Shown piece by piece: positions 28,903 through 42,420 of a stretch of 64,000 bases of DNA (position 1 is the stretch's first letter; each line of letters opens with the position of its first letter). Origin of the DNA: the human T2T-CHM13v2.0 reference genome, Homo sapiens; the NCBI RefSeq assembly GCF_009914755.1, contig NC_060926.1. One strand, given 5' to 3'. Below the pieces are notes generated by a model, which had not been told where the DNA came from, did no database searches, and was given only the letters and a program-made list of their open reading frames with translations. A program made the position numbers and the translations under genes.

Positions 28903-31900
28903 CTAGAGATTATTGAACTCTGGAGGGCAGATCTGAATGGAGCCAGCAGAGGGACCTATGGAGATCAGCCTGGCCCTGGACAGCACCAGGCAATGGGGTT
29001 GCTAGAGAGGTAATGGGGTTGAACAGGGTTTAAGCCATGAGGTCTCAAGAATCCGTGAAGACTCAGACTAATTTTTTTTTTTTTGCATGAGGATTAGGTG
29101 TTCCTAGGAATTTCAATGAGAGCAGGGTTAATGAAGGAATGCAGGGTAGGAGAGCTGAGGGAAGGCATCTGAGAGAGCCTGGCTTATGAATGGCTGCGTC
29201 AGTATGGCTCACCTGCTTTCCTTGTATCTACTTAGCAGATGATCCCACCCCAGGCCTCCAGGGCCAAGGTCATTTCCACATAGTCATGGGCCCTTGAGGG
29301 CCTGGAGCAGTGTAAGGAAGACAGAGTCTTAAGAAATTGCATTAACAGTCATGGTGCTTGGCAAGTGTCGTCATCCTATGCCAAGCCTGATCTGAAGGGG
29401 TGCATGCTCATAGGTAGCTGCTGCCCAAGATTACAGCAGCTTCTTCAATCCCAGATCCATGCTCTCCTATATTCATTTTTCCAGGGGTTCCTGTCCTTCG
29501 ACAGTGATGAGATGCAGAATGACTTATTGAGTTATTCTCCTGATAGTTGCCAACTTTTCCAAATGACAATGGGGCATGGAGCTTGAGAGTGGAAATGAGG
29601 CCCTAGGGATAGCGTGCTTAGGAAAACACTCCCAGCCTGATGTAATTCTGGGGGTACAATGGCATTTTCATCATCAAGACTGATGTAAAGGGTGACTAGC
29701 AGTGAGTTGGGGGTGACTCGCACTGGGGCTAGGTTTCTGATTCTGCCTAATCCAGACAGAGCAGAAGCACTAGTGGGCTGGTAGAGGGCCTCCAGGGCCT
29801 CACTTAATGTCCTGGAAAAACAGCTCCAGATTGTTGGTTCACGTTCTGAGGACAAGCTTGGGTACTACAGGATAGAGAGAGTGGTGGGAGATGCCGTGGC
29901 CTGCCCTGCTGATGCCTGCCCTGCCATTCCTGCGTGTGATGTCTCTGGGGCATCTTGCCTTCCCTGCCCAGACCTGTAGTTCAGCTGAGGGCATGTGGAG
30001 GCCAAATGGCTTCTTAGAGTGTTACTTTCCTTGAACAGCTCTGCTGGGAGAACTGGAGGAGCTAGCTAGTCACGGTAACTGCAGCAGTCAAAGGATCGTC
30101 CCGGTGGAGGTGGGGTGGAAAGGTAGAGAAAGAGAACATATAGCGTTTTCCTTGGAGATGTGTGGGCATGTCATAGAGGAAATACCCAATTCCTGAGCCT
30201 TGAGCCCTCCAGGAAACCTTGGAATATTAGGTTAGTCATCCCCAAGGAAGTCTAAGAATTCTGGTCTCACCCATCTCCTTTAATTCCCACAATGATCCTA
30301 CATGATATTAAGGAACACGGGCCAGTAACCCTCCAAGCAATGGATGTGGTGGTGAAGTTTGACCTCATGATGGAGCGGAGGTTGGTTTGAAACCTAAGAA
30401 TTTAATTTATTGTTTCAAACTGTTCTCCACTCAGCGTTATTAAAGCATACATAATTGACACATAAAAATTGTATATGTCTACGGTGTACAATGTGATGTT
30501 TCGATCTATGTATACATTGTGAAATGATTACAACAAGCTAAATAACATACCCATTCATCGTGTTTCAAAGGAATTAAACTCAAGCACAAAAGAGAGGTGC
30601 TGTTGAAGAGTAGGGCTGCTCTATCTAAGTAGTATGTCTGGGGTTGTCCTGGATCAGGGTCCTTTTGTGCTAGTAATAAACCAGCCCTTCTGGGGCTGCT
30701 CCACTTTCCCCACATTTTCTTCTGGAGCCTCCCTAAGAATTAGGACATGGCCACTTTCTCTGCATAGGCTTCCTACTTCAACAAGGACAGGGCTTGTGCT
30801 GCCCCATGCCACTTGAGTGTCCCTACAGCACAGAGCTGAGTGCACACTGGCTGAGTGAGGAAATCCCCCAGATTAATCTTGGTTCTAAGCATCATGGCTG
30901 TATTTCACACGTATATGAATTACAAATTACAGCATAGTCGAATAAGGATTTTTGTGCTACAACTGGAATCCCAGATTATGCAAATTGGATAGTATAATAT
31001 TGAAATTCCTAGGACTTTTTATTAGTTTTAAAAAATTATACAAGCTTAGAGTAAGAAATTAAACAGTGCAAAAGAATTCACTGTGAAAAGTAAAATGCTC
31101 TGTCTCTGCTGAGAGACAGATATTGCAGCCCAGATACTACTGGGGTCAATAGTTTCCTTTAAGCATGCCATTTTGATGGTTTATGGGACTTACAGCTCAA
31201 GAAGCTTGACACTAGGGTTGATCTCAGAAAATCATTGTTGCAGGTATTAGATATGACCGTCTCATAAAGATACACACACAGACACAGCGATTGGAGATAT
31301 TCACTGGGGCTTATGGGCTGCTTGTCCTTTCTGCTCTGTGCCTAAGTTGGGCTCAGAGTAGCCTGGCATCGGCTGTGGGGAGAATGCTGGCATGGGGTTA
31401 GCAGGAGCCCACTTAACATGTCCTAAGCCACCTGGAAGAGTCCTTCAAGGAGACCAGACTCCAGAGGCCCTAAGGAAGGAAGGACTTTTGCCCGTTTTTA
31501 GGTATTCTAGTCCCAGAGTTTAGGGAGGAATGGTTTGGCTTTGGGTCGTGTGCCCCTTTACCGAGTGGGATGGGATGTGCCCATGAGCTGTTGAGCTGGC
31601 TCTTGGAGAAGACAGCAAAAGCGGGAATAAGAGGTCAGGAAGCTGTGTGGTTGTAGGAAATCCCAGCAGAGGGCCTGGGGGTCAAAAGTGGTCATGGTAG
31701 TGACGGTGGAGGCTGAGGTGGTAGAAAATCAGAGGACAAACCCCATGGGCTGCTGGTGATCTGACCGAGCTCCTATGCTCTCCTGGTTCATTTTAGGCTC
31801 TGTAGCAGCAGATGATTGGCTGGTGTGAGAGCAGTGCACCTGCCATATCAGGCAATCCAAGACAAGTCCAAGCTACGCTGGGAGGAAACCTGAAGGCAGC

Positions 31901-34325
31901 AGCAGGTAGACTGGCTGAAGACAGACAGGCAGGCAACTTGTCAATCAGATTTGTGTTTTTAAGGACTTTTAACTGGGGAGCCCTCCATGACAGATCAGAT
32001 GAGAGAGGAATCTGGGTCCGCCCATGTGTCAAGCTACCAGAGGGTCCCATCGGTGCTTGGATCTTCTTTGAAGCTGGGTCTGAGGTTTGCAGGTAGAGGG
32101 TGAGCTGGTCAGAGGGACCTATTGCAGAGCTAACCAACACCTTCCCAGGAATGCAAGCACAAGCACCCCACCGCGGGCAGGCGGGCAGGCACTTCTCCTT
32201 TTGCCACCAGGACCTCACAGAGGCTGATCTGGCTCTGTGAGGTGGGAAAATGGGTTGTACTTAGTACATAGAGATAAAAGGCTTAGGAGGCCCCTCCATC
32301 CTGTGACCCTGTCCCCAGACCACAGGTGCCGGCAGGTGCTGCTATTTCAAGGCTGGGCCTCAGTGCAAGCTTGTGGTTTCTTGCCCACCTGTGATGTCCT
32401 CCCACTAATGAAGGGGCTCTCCATCCTCTGTCTGCCTCTAGCAAGTGGAGGCTCTGGGCCCTGGGCAAGACACAGGGGGAAATGCCATCTGTTATCCAAA
32501 TATATTTCAATGGGACAGGAAAGGGCTCTTTATGTCATCTGACCCCCTTCCCCATTTACTGGCCTTGTACCCAAAGCTGGACGTGCTGTGGTGATGGGGA
32601 GTCAAGAGGGGGAAGATTCAGGGGAGAGCCCTGCCAAGGGGGCCCAAACAACAGGCTGACCAGAGCAATGCCTGGCCTTGACTCATGGCCCATGTGTTAT
32701 ATCCTGGGTGTGTTGAATCATCTCTGTTTAATCTTATAAAAAAAAACCCTTTCCTGTGACAGAAAGAGCCCTGGGTTTGTTATTTTCAGTTTATGCAAAG
32801 TGGATAAGAGGGGTGAGGAGTTCATGTTGATTGTCCAGGAGGAAAAACCGAGGCAGACACCAGAGCTGGGGCTCATTCCCACAGTTGAGGGCGCATCACC
32901 CTAGTCTTTAGGCAGAGAGTGCTTCCCATCATGGCCTGGGCCCCAGCTCCCCTCACATGCTCGGTGCTGCTGGGGAGGCTTGGGAAGGGGCGTGGAGGCA
33001 TACCGTCTGATTTGGGGAGCTTGTGTCCTGTTGAGAGAGAGGACATGCACACACCCGCCTGCACAGCAAGAACTTCCAAACCTGGCTGCTTAACGTACTC
33101 CAGGGATATTTCAAGTGAGAAGTGCAGGAATATGGAAGCAGGGACTCAAGCAGGAACCATGGATGTTGGGGCGTCCATGAAGGGGTAGCCCTGACTAAAG
33201 GAAGATTTAAGGAAAAGCACCACTCTTTGTATCCAAAATAAGGCCAGTGCCTGTTGTTTCTTATGTTATTACTGGAGAAAAGGTCAGGGCTGGGCTCTCG
33301 GGCTCCCCACGTGTGAGGTTCTTGGGACTGAAGCCTTTGCCTCCAACAGTCTCTTGGGGTCAGAGGCTGTTTTGTTCTTGTTTCCTCAGTTAAGCTGCAG
33401 TGGTAACAGGCCGACACACAGGAAATCATAAGTCAGGAGGGCCACTGCCACGCAGGAAAGACCCATCTGAACTGCTGCAAAAGGCGAGTTGGAAATCATT
33501 TACTTAATCGTGACTTAAATGGCCAGACAGGAAGGCTCGTTTATCCAAGGAAAGATGAAGGCTTATGGGTTCTGTGTGTGTGTGTGTGTGTTGCTAAAAT
33601 AGAAGTTTCAGCAATCAAAACATACACAATAAATATTTTATTTGTTTGATTCATTTAGATGTTTCTGGGGCTAGTTTTGAACATTAGGAAATGGAATCAT
33701 TGGATCATTTGAATTTACCAAAAATGTGGATATTTCTAAAGTAGCAGAAATAAAGGACTTCAGTATTGGAAGGGGCCTCAGTTGCTCCCTCTCTATAGAT
33801 GGGGAAGGGCATCAAGACAGATGGCGTGACTTGCCCAGAACCACTCAGCCAGGCACAGAGGGAAGCTGGGTCTGACTCACCACCACCCACAGCTGGTCTC
33901 TGCATTTTGTAATGCTTTGCTACTGACAAAGTCTTTTGTGTGCCTTATCTCTTTTGATCCATGCATGTTACAGCTGTGGATAACTAGTCCTTGATTCCTC
34001 CTCAAAACACCACAAGCATCCTATTGTGTTTAGATGAGCCTGGTCTTTCCCTTCACCCATGTCCAACATGTGAATGTACTGCACCATGCACATTAAAGGC
34101 CTCCCTGGACCATTACTAGTGAAGTGAGGCAGACAATAGCAGCTACTGTGGATCACACATCTTCTGTGTGACAAGGACACTGTCAGCCATTTCATATTTA
34201 TTATTTTATTTTCTCCTTACGACATCACTAAGTACTGGTGATTATTATCCTTCTCTCTTTGCAGGGATATAAACCAGGCTTAGAGGAATTAAGTAACTTG
34301 CCCAGGTTCCTGTAAACAGGAAGGA

Positions 34326-34492
34326 CAGCAAGTCCTCACTAAATGTCACTGATAGGTTCTTGGACACTGACTTTAAGTGAAACAACATGCAGCAGGTCCT
34401 CGAATAATGTCATTTTGTTCAATGTTATTCGTTTTCTTATATGTCATTTTGTTTAAAATTGTGGTTCCCAAGAACCTATTGACGACATTAAT
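34326..34492. mobile_element. TcMar-Tigger MITE (MER47/Tigger5-like)
   Basis: Inverted repeats TGTCACTGATAGGTTCTTGG ... CCAAGAACCTATTGACGACA. Confidence 0.55.
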
Positions 34493-36181
34493 AGGCTCTT
34501 AGACGCCAGTGCTATTTCTAAGTCAGAAGTACAAAAATGTGAAGTAGAGACTTGATAAGGGACTGTGGGTGTTGGGGCATCATCCATGTATTTAATCCAA
34601 TATATTCAAAATGTTACTTACACAGTCAATATAAAAATTGTTAATGAGATATTTTACATTTTTTATTATGTGCCATGTCTTTGAAATTTGGTATGTGTTT
34701 TACACTTTACACTGCAATTCTGACAAGCCAATTTCAAGTGTTCAACAGCCACATGTGGCAAGTGGTCACCATATAGGGCAGTGCCACTCTATAACAAAAG
34801 AAAGGGGAAAATATTTCTGGAAGGATGGTTGTTGGGAGTTGATGCCATAGTCAGCTCTTAAGGAGCTGAGCTTTCAATATTCCTGGCATGGGATATTGAA
34901 ATATCAGCAAGAAATTAAATGACATAGTAGTCATTATGCCTAAATTATTGTTATTTTTTGATTGAAAAAAGTTGAATATTTCAAATATCAAGGTAGTAGT
35001 GAGATATAATAAAGAGAGAGTCAGTTCTAAGTATAGAATTGCTGATTCAGTTAAGCTCTGTTCTCCAACATTTGGGCCACATTGAAGAGACCATGTAGCT
35101 GCTTTCAGCCTCGGTTTCCTCCTTTGCAAAATGGGGATTACACTACCTGCCTCACAGAGATGTAAACTTATGACATGTTATCATGATTGCCAGGGCCCAC
35201 CTGTTTTCTTTTAAACATTGAAATCACTGTGCCTGAAACAGGGATTTCCCTGCCCTTTGTGCAAGCTCCAGAAACAGGAGTCAGCCTGAGTCCCGCAGCT
35301 AAGAACGTGGATTCTGGTCATTTTCTCATAGCGAACACACTTCACAGGTCCTTCAAGGGAGTACATTTTCCTATAACTCACCTTAATCTCAGTTGAAGCC
35401 TCGTTTCTTATTTTGCACTGTGGCCAAAAACTAAATCTCATTTCTTTCACGTAAACTTCAGCAATTCAATAATAGTACAGTCATTTTATGTTTCAACTGA
35501 ACCAAGTCAGGGTTCCACTCCTGCCTCCCCTTTCTGCTCTGAGGACATCCATGAAGTGGAGGGGGTCTATGTAGCCTGGAGCTATTGGTGAGGGGCAATG
35601 GGTCCGTGGTGGTCTTGGGGAACTGCGGGGCTGTGTCTGGCTGGTCTGGTGTCTGGTGATTGGCCTTGTTCCACGCGGTTCACGCTGCAGGACAGTTCGT
35701 GTCCTTCTTGTCCTAATGATCAGCTTTTAGGCTCACGGGCCTGTCTCTGCTGAGATATGGAATAGGACAGCCTCTGGATCTTCTTTAAACTCTCCTGGGG
35801 CCACAGGGGACTCTGTTTGTGTCTGTGCCCACATAGGATGATTCTGCCCAGACCTTTGCTGCCATTTCTTGCTGTTCTGCTGTTTTTAGTCTCTGGAGGG
35901 CTTGCAGTTTCCTTGGGGTCCCTGTGGAAGCAAAGCAAAGTCCTCTCCACGCTCAGATGTCTAAACGTATCTGGGTTTTATCGTCCACCCATCCCAGAGC
36001 TCAGTCTAGAGGAGGGGGCAGCCTTCGGGTTCTCTCCTTCCTCCCAGAGCCTCTTCCTTTGCACCAGGGCAGCCTCTTCCTATCTGTTGGAAAGGGCTGT
36101 CTGGTTCTTGAATATAGAGTTGCAGGTTTGAGGGGTGTAGGCTGAGGTAAGGCAAACTATCACATGGAATAAAAATTACCC

Positions 36182-36615
36182 TGTGTCAAGGAACAACCAG
36201 AGCTGGACAGTTTTTAAATGTGAAAACCAATTTTATTCAGGACTATGGCGAGAGGTGAAGTAAGACCTCAGTATAGAACTGGGCTCAATTCCGAATGCAG
36301 CATGGGCAAATGGGAATGTATAGCCTAGGAGCAGGGTGGGAACCTGTGGATGAAGAATTACTAAAAGGGCATATCAGGGGTGAGGGGGCGTCCTGGCTAC
36401 ACCCACTAACTACTGTTGCTGAAGAAAGGCCTGGTGACATCACTGGGGAATGGTGGGGGATGAAGAATCCAATCAGATGGATATTGAGGATAAGGGGATC
36501 TTGATAAACTGGCTTAGGAGGGTTTTTGCTAAAACTGGTTTTCATAGGTAAGTCCACAGACAGGTCTTGGAGAAAGTTCAGGGACCTACGGTTTGTTCGG
36601 GCAGATGCTTTGTCA
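36182..36615 (-). mobile_element. MER31-like solo LTR
   Basis: Minus strand begins TGACAAAG; reverse AATAAA at ~36231; similarity recognised by eye. Confidence 0.5.
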
Positions 36616-36789
36616 TCTGTCACACTGGCACTGTCACCTGGCTTTCCTTTAGTCCCTCCCCCCCTTTTTTTTTTCTGGAGTAGTTTTGGGAGACCAGAGG
36701 AGCAGGGAGTTAGGGAGAGTAGTCAGAAAAGGCCAGAGAAAATAAGGAGGTGTCTGTAGGGAAAATCCTTAAATCCTCTAATTAAATTA

Positions 36790-36961
36790 ATTTAATTTAT
36801 TTATCTGGGACAAGGTCTCACTCTGTTGCCCAGGCTGAAGTGCAGTGGTGTGATCTCGGCTCACTGCAGCCTCGACCTCAGGGCTCAAGCAGTCTTGCCA
36901 CCTCAGCCTCCTGAGTAGCTGGGGCTCACAGGTGTGCACTACCATGCCCGGCTAATTTTTG

Positions 36962-36996
<35 letters not shown>

Positions 36997-37109
36997 TAGA
37001 GATGAGGTTTCGCCATGTTGCCCAGGCTTGGTCTCGAACTCCTAAGTGATCCATCCACGTCGACCTCCCAAAGTGCTGAGATTACAGGCATGAGCCACTG
37101 TGCCCGGCC
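36790..37109 (-). mobile_element. AluJ with a long central T tract
   Basis: Reverse Alu dimer. Confidence 0.88.
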
Positions 37110-38748
37110 TAAATTCTCCAATTTTTAAATGCTTCCCTGTTCCCTGTTCCAGATTTGGGATATTGACTGCTGTTAAATCAGCGATTTCTCCCTGTGGAGA
37201 GGTAGCCAATAGGAAGCAACAAGAGTGAGGAGTCCTTATATCGAAATAGAGGGTAAGAGAAGAGACAGATGTTATCTTGGCAGTGATTTAAGAACAGCGA
37301 GTCTGTAAGCAAAGCAAAGCAAGGCTCCCAGGTGCTGAGAAACAATGGCTTTCTGGGGAAGCGTCTGTGTTCAGAACCTTAAGTTGGAAACATCTCTGAA
37401 GATGTTTGCCATGAAGGTTTTCTTCTGAAGTTGAGTCTTTCATCACTAGGTAGGCGTGTTTTGGAGGCTCTATCAAACAGATCCTGTGTTTATTAGGAAG
37501 CTGTGGTTCATAAAGCCCCATGCTAATTTTGCAGGTAGCAGGGTGGCCCTGGCCTGACCCGGGGACAGAGTGGCTGTCCTCCCTCCAGGCAGGAAACTCT
37601 CTCCTGCCACCTAGTGGCTGCATACCCACATTTCAAGGGAGCTTCTGGGTGGTGAGTTTACCAGACTATGGTCTGAGGTAGAGTTAAGCAAAACAAAACT
37701 AAACTGCATAAAGAAACAGAAAGAAAATCAGGTGTTATAAAAACAATTTGGCATTTGTTTGTGTTTCAGCTCCGTGTCGATTTATTGCTTCCACAAATAG
37801 TGCCGATATGCACCAGGCACTGTTGTAAAACTGAAAATATGTTTTTGGATGTGCCCAGTCTGTGAGTATTAAACGATGGTTGATTTGAAATTTGCTATGA
37901 TTCATATTTCTGGGGGTAAGATGCAGGATTTCTTTGGGGGGCCTAGGATGTGGCATTCTAGAATTCTCAAAGAATCAACCCTGGTGGGACCAGGAAGAGC
38001 TGAGCTGAGGCCTCTCTGCTCATGTGTACTTACTGGAGATCATGGAGACAGGTGAGCCTGAGTGCACGTCTCACCAAAGCCACAGCAGAGGGGGAGGAGG
38101 CGGAAAGAGAGCTCTCTCCATTTCTGAGAAGTTAATGGTAACAATGGCATACATACCTACTTTACAGTTGAAATTGGAAACCACAGCATTAAGTGTTTCC
38201 AATGAAATTTGGCAATTTGGGAGTTTTCTGAGCTGCATTGGATGTGGTTTTGCATGCTGTTAGGATGAGCAAGAGATGATGGAGAACATCTTCCTTTTGA
38301 GCTTCCTCTTGGACGTGGGTCACTCCCACTCATGGAATTAGAAAGCTTAGACCTAGACTTGAATCTCACCTTCTCAAGGTGCTCCCGGGCAAATCACTTA
38401 AGATCCATCTTCTTCTCCTCCTGCTCCTTCTCCTCCTTCTGAGTTTTTTTTTTTCTTTCCAAAATTCAAATGACACGGTACTGGTAGAAGAAAAGGTCCA
38501 AGTCTGCTTTTACAGCTCCCCTCATCCCCAAATGTACTCCGACCCCAAGATGACCATGTTATCATTTGATTGGCATCCTTCTAGTTTCAACTCATTTCTT
38601 TGCATGTATATGCACGTACATATACACTATTTTATTTTGCCAGGGGTCACGGTTAGCTGAATTAATTTCTTTTAAAATAATCTTTATTTAGTTATAGTTT
38701 ACATTTAACAACATACTCATTTAAGTGTATAGCTTGATAAGTCTTCAC

Positions 38749-39323
38749 TGTAAACCAAAAATAAAATTCTAAGCCCCCCCAACCATCTGAATGGACCCCT
38801 CTTCTTGGCCAAGAGCATTCCAAAGTTAACCTGAAAAAACTAGTTCAGGTCATGATGGAAGGGAAGGTTGGACATGCCCCAGTATACCCTTCTCCCTTTT
38901 GGAATTCAGGAAAAGCTGACCAGCATTAACATCAACACAGACCTTATGTCTGATAGGAAACTTTGACAATCTATTCCCTCTGAAGCTTGCTACCCGGAGG
39001 CTTCATCTACAAGATAAAACCTTGGTCTCCACAACCGCTTATCATAACCCAGACATTCCTTTCTGTTGAGAATAATCTACCTTGTAACCTGGAAGCTCCC
39101 TGCTTCAAGTTCCCTCACCTTTCCAGATTGAACCAATGTAAACCTTACATGCATTGATTGATGTATTATGTCTCCCTAAGATGAATAAAAGCAAGCTGTA
39201 TGTTGACTGCCTTCAGCACAGGTTGTCAGGACCTCCTGAGGCTGGGTCACGGATGCATCCTTAACCTTGGCAAAATAAACTGTCTAGATTGACTGAGACC
39301 TATCTCAGATACTGTTGGGTTCA
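38749..39323 (+). mobile_element. MER4B/D-like solo LTR inserted in an antisense L1M
   Basis: TGTAAACCAAAAATAAAATTCTAAGCCCCCC ... GGCAAAATAAAC ... GGGTTCA; the 3' half is homologous to the MER4A1 LTRs at 1611 and 15592. Confidence 0.8.
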
Positions 39324-40492
<1,169 letters not shown>

Positions 40493-41318
40493 TAATGAGT
40501 TGGAAAATGCTTTGCAAATGGGGGAGAATAATTTAAATGTTATTTATTTATTAAGAGCAGAGGCCCTTCCTGTTGCGGTCACAGAAGCCGTTTGCTTCTT
40601 CTGCCTTTTATAAACCAGCAGAGTCGAGCTACACAGGCTGTCTGTGTTGGCTGCTATTAGTTAATCAGAGAGTTTTTTTTTTCTTGCCTTGTCATTCTAA
40701 TTTGTGACACATAATTAGCCACAATATGTGTTTTCAGTTGTGACACTGGCCTGGGAAACCAAGGGATGTTTAGAGTGGATTTCCTTGATTTTGCAATAAT
40801 TGTGTGTTTTTCTGCATCTTCTGTTAAACACAAATTCATGGAAGCAAAACATGGAAGCAAAGTACCCTGGACATCCACCCTTCTTTATGAAATTGATTTC
40901 TCTTAAATGTAATGTTTGCTTGTTCCCTTACTTTAAAAGCAATTTAAGAGTTTATTGAGAAAGTGAGCCCTGGAAACATAGATGCATAGAGAGAAAATTC
41001 TACCACCCTCAGGTCCCTATTGTCTTCTCTCATAAAGTGTAGTTTCAGGGCCTTTTAGAAGTTTCTTTTCTGCTCTGATTTGCATGTTTGTGAGTGTTGC
41101 TATTTTAAGTATTTGGATTTGGTCTGCAAATCCTATGAGAGATGGCAACAGAGTAGGGATCTCAAAGCCTGCAGGTTGTATTAAGTCCAGCAGGGCCTTG
41201 TATTTACAACAGAGGGTCCTTGAAGACATTCCATATATTATGCTAGGGGAGTGGCCAAGCAAACTTTAATGTGTCCCTATGGTGGGATATTTGGGGTTAA
41301 TACCTGCCCTTCTCTTAA

Positions 41319-41977
<659 letters not shown>

Positions 41978-42038
41978 TAATTTCTTTATTTGATTTTTAT
42001 TTTTCACTTCAACAGTCTGATAAAAAATGATAATCTAA

Positions 42039-42420
42039 TGATCTTAGTCCATTTTGTGCTTCTAGAACAGAATACCTGAGACTGGGTAATTTATAATAAA
42101 CAGAAATTTGTTTGGCTTACAGTTCTGGAGGCTGGAAAGTCCAAGATCAAGGAGCTGCATCTGGTGAGGGCCTTCTTGCTGTGTCATCCCATAGCAGAAG
42201 GTGGAAAGGCAGGAAAGCATGCACAAGAGGGCTGTGGGGAGGAGGCAGAGATCATCCTTTTATCAGGAATCTACTCTCATGATAACAGTATTAATTCATT
42301 TATGAGGGCAGAACCCTTATGACCTAATCACCTTTTAAAGGTCCCATCTCTCAACTCTGTTGCATTGGGGATCAAGTTTCCAACACATCACATTTTGGGG
42401 GACACATTTAAGCCATAACA
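42039..42420 (-). mobile_element. MaLR solo LTR (MST/MLT1A-like)
   Basis: CTTAGTCCATTTTGTGCT...GAGACTGGGTAATTTATAA...GGGGACACATTTAAGCCATAACA. Confidence 0.75.
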
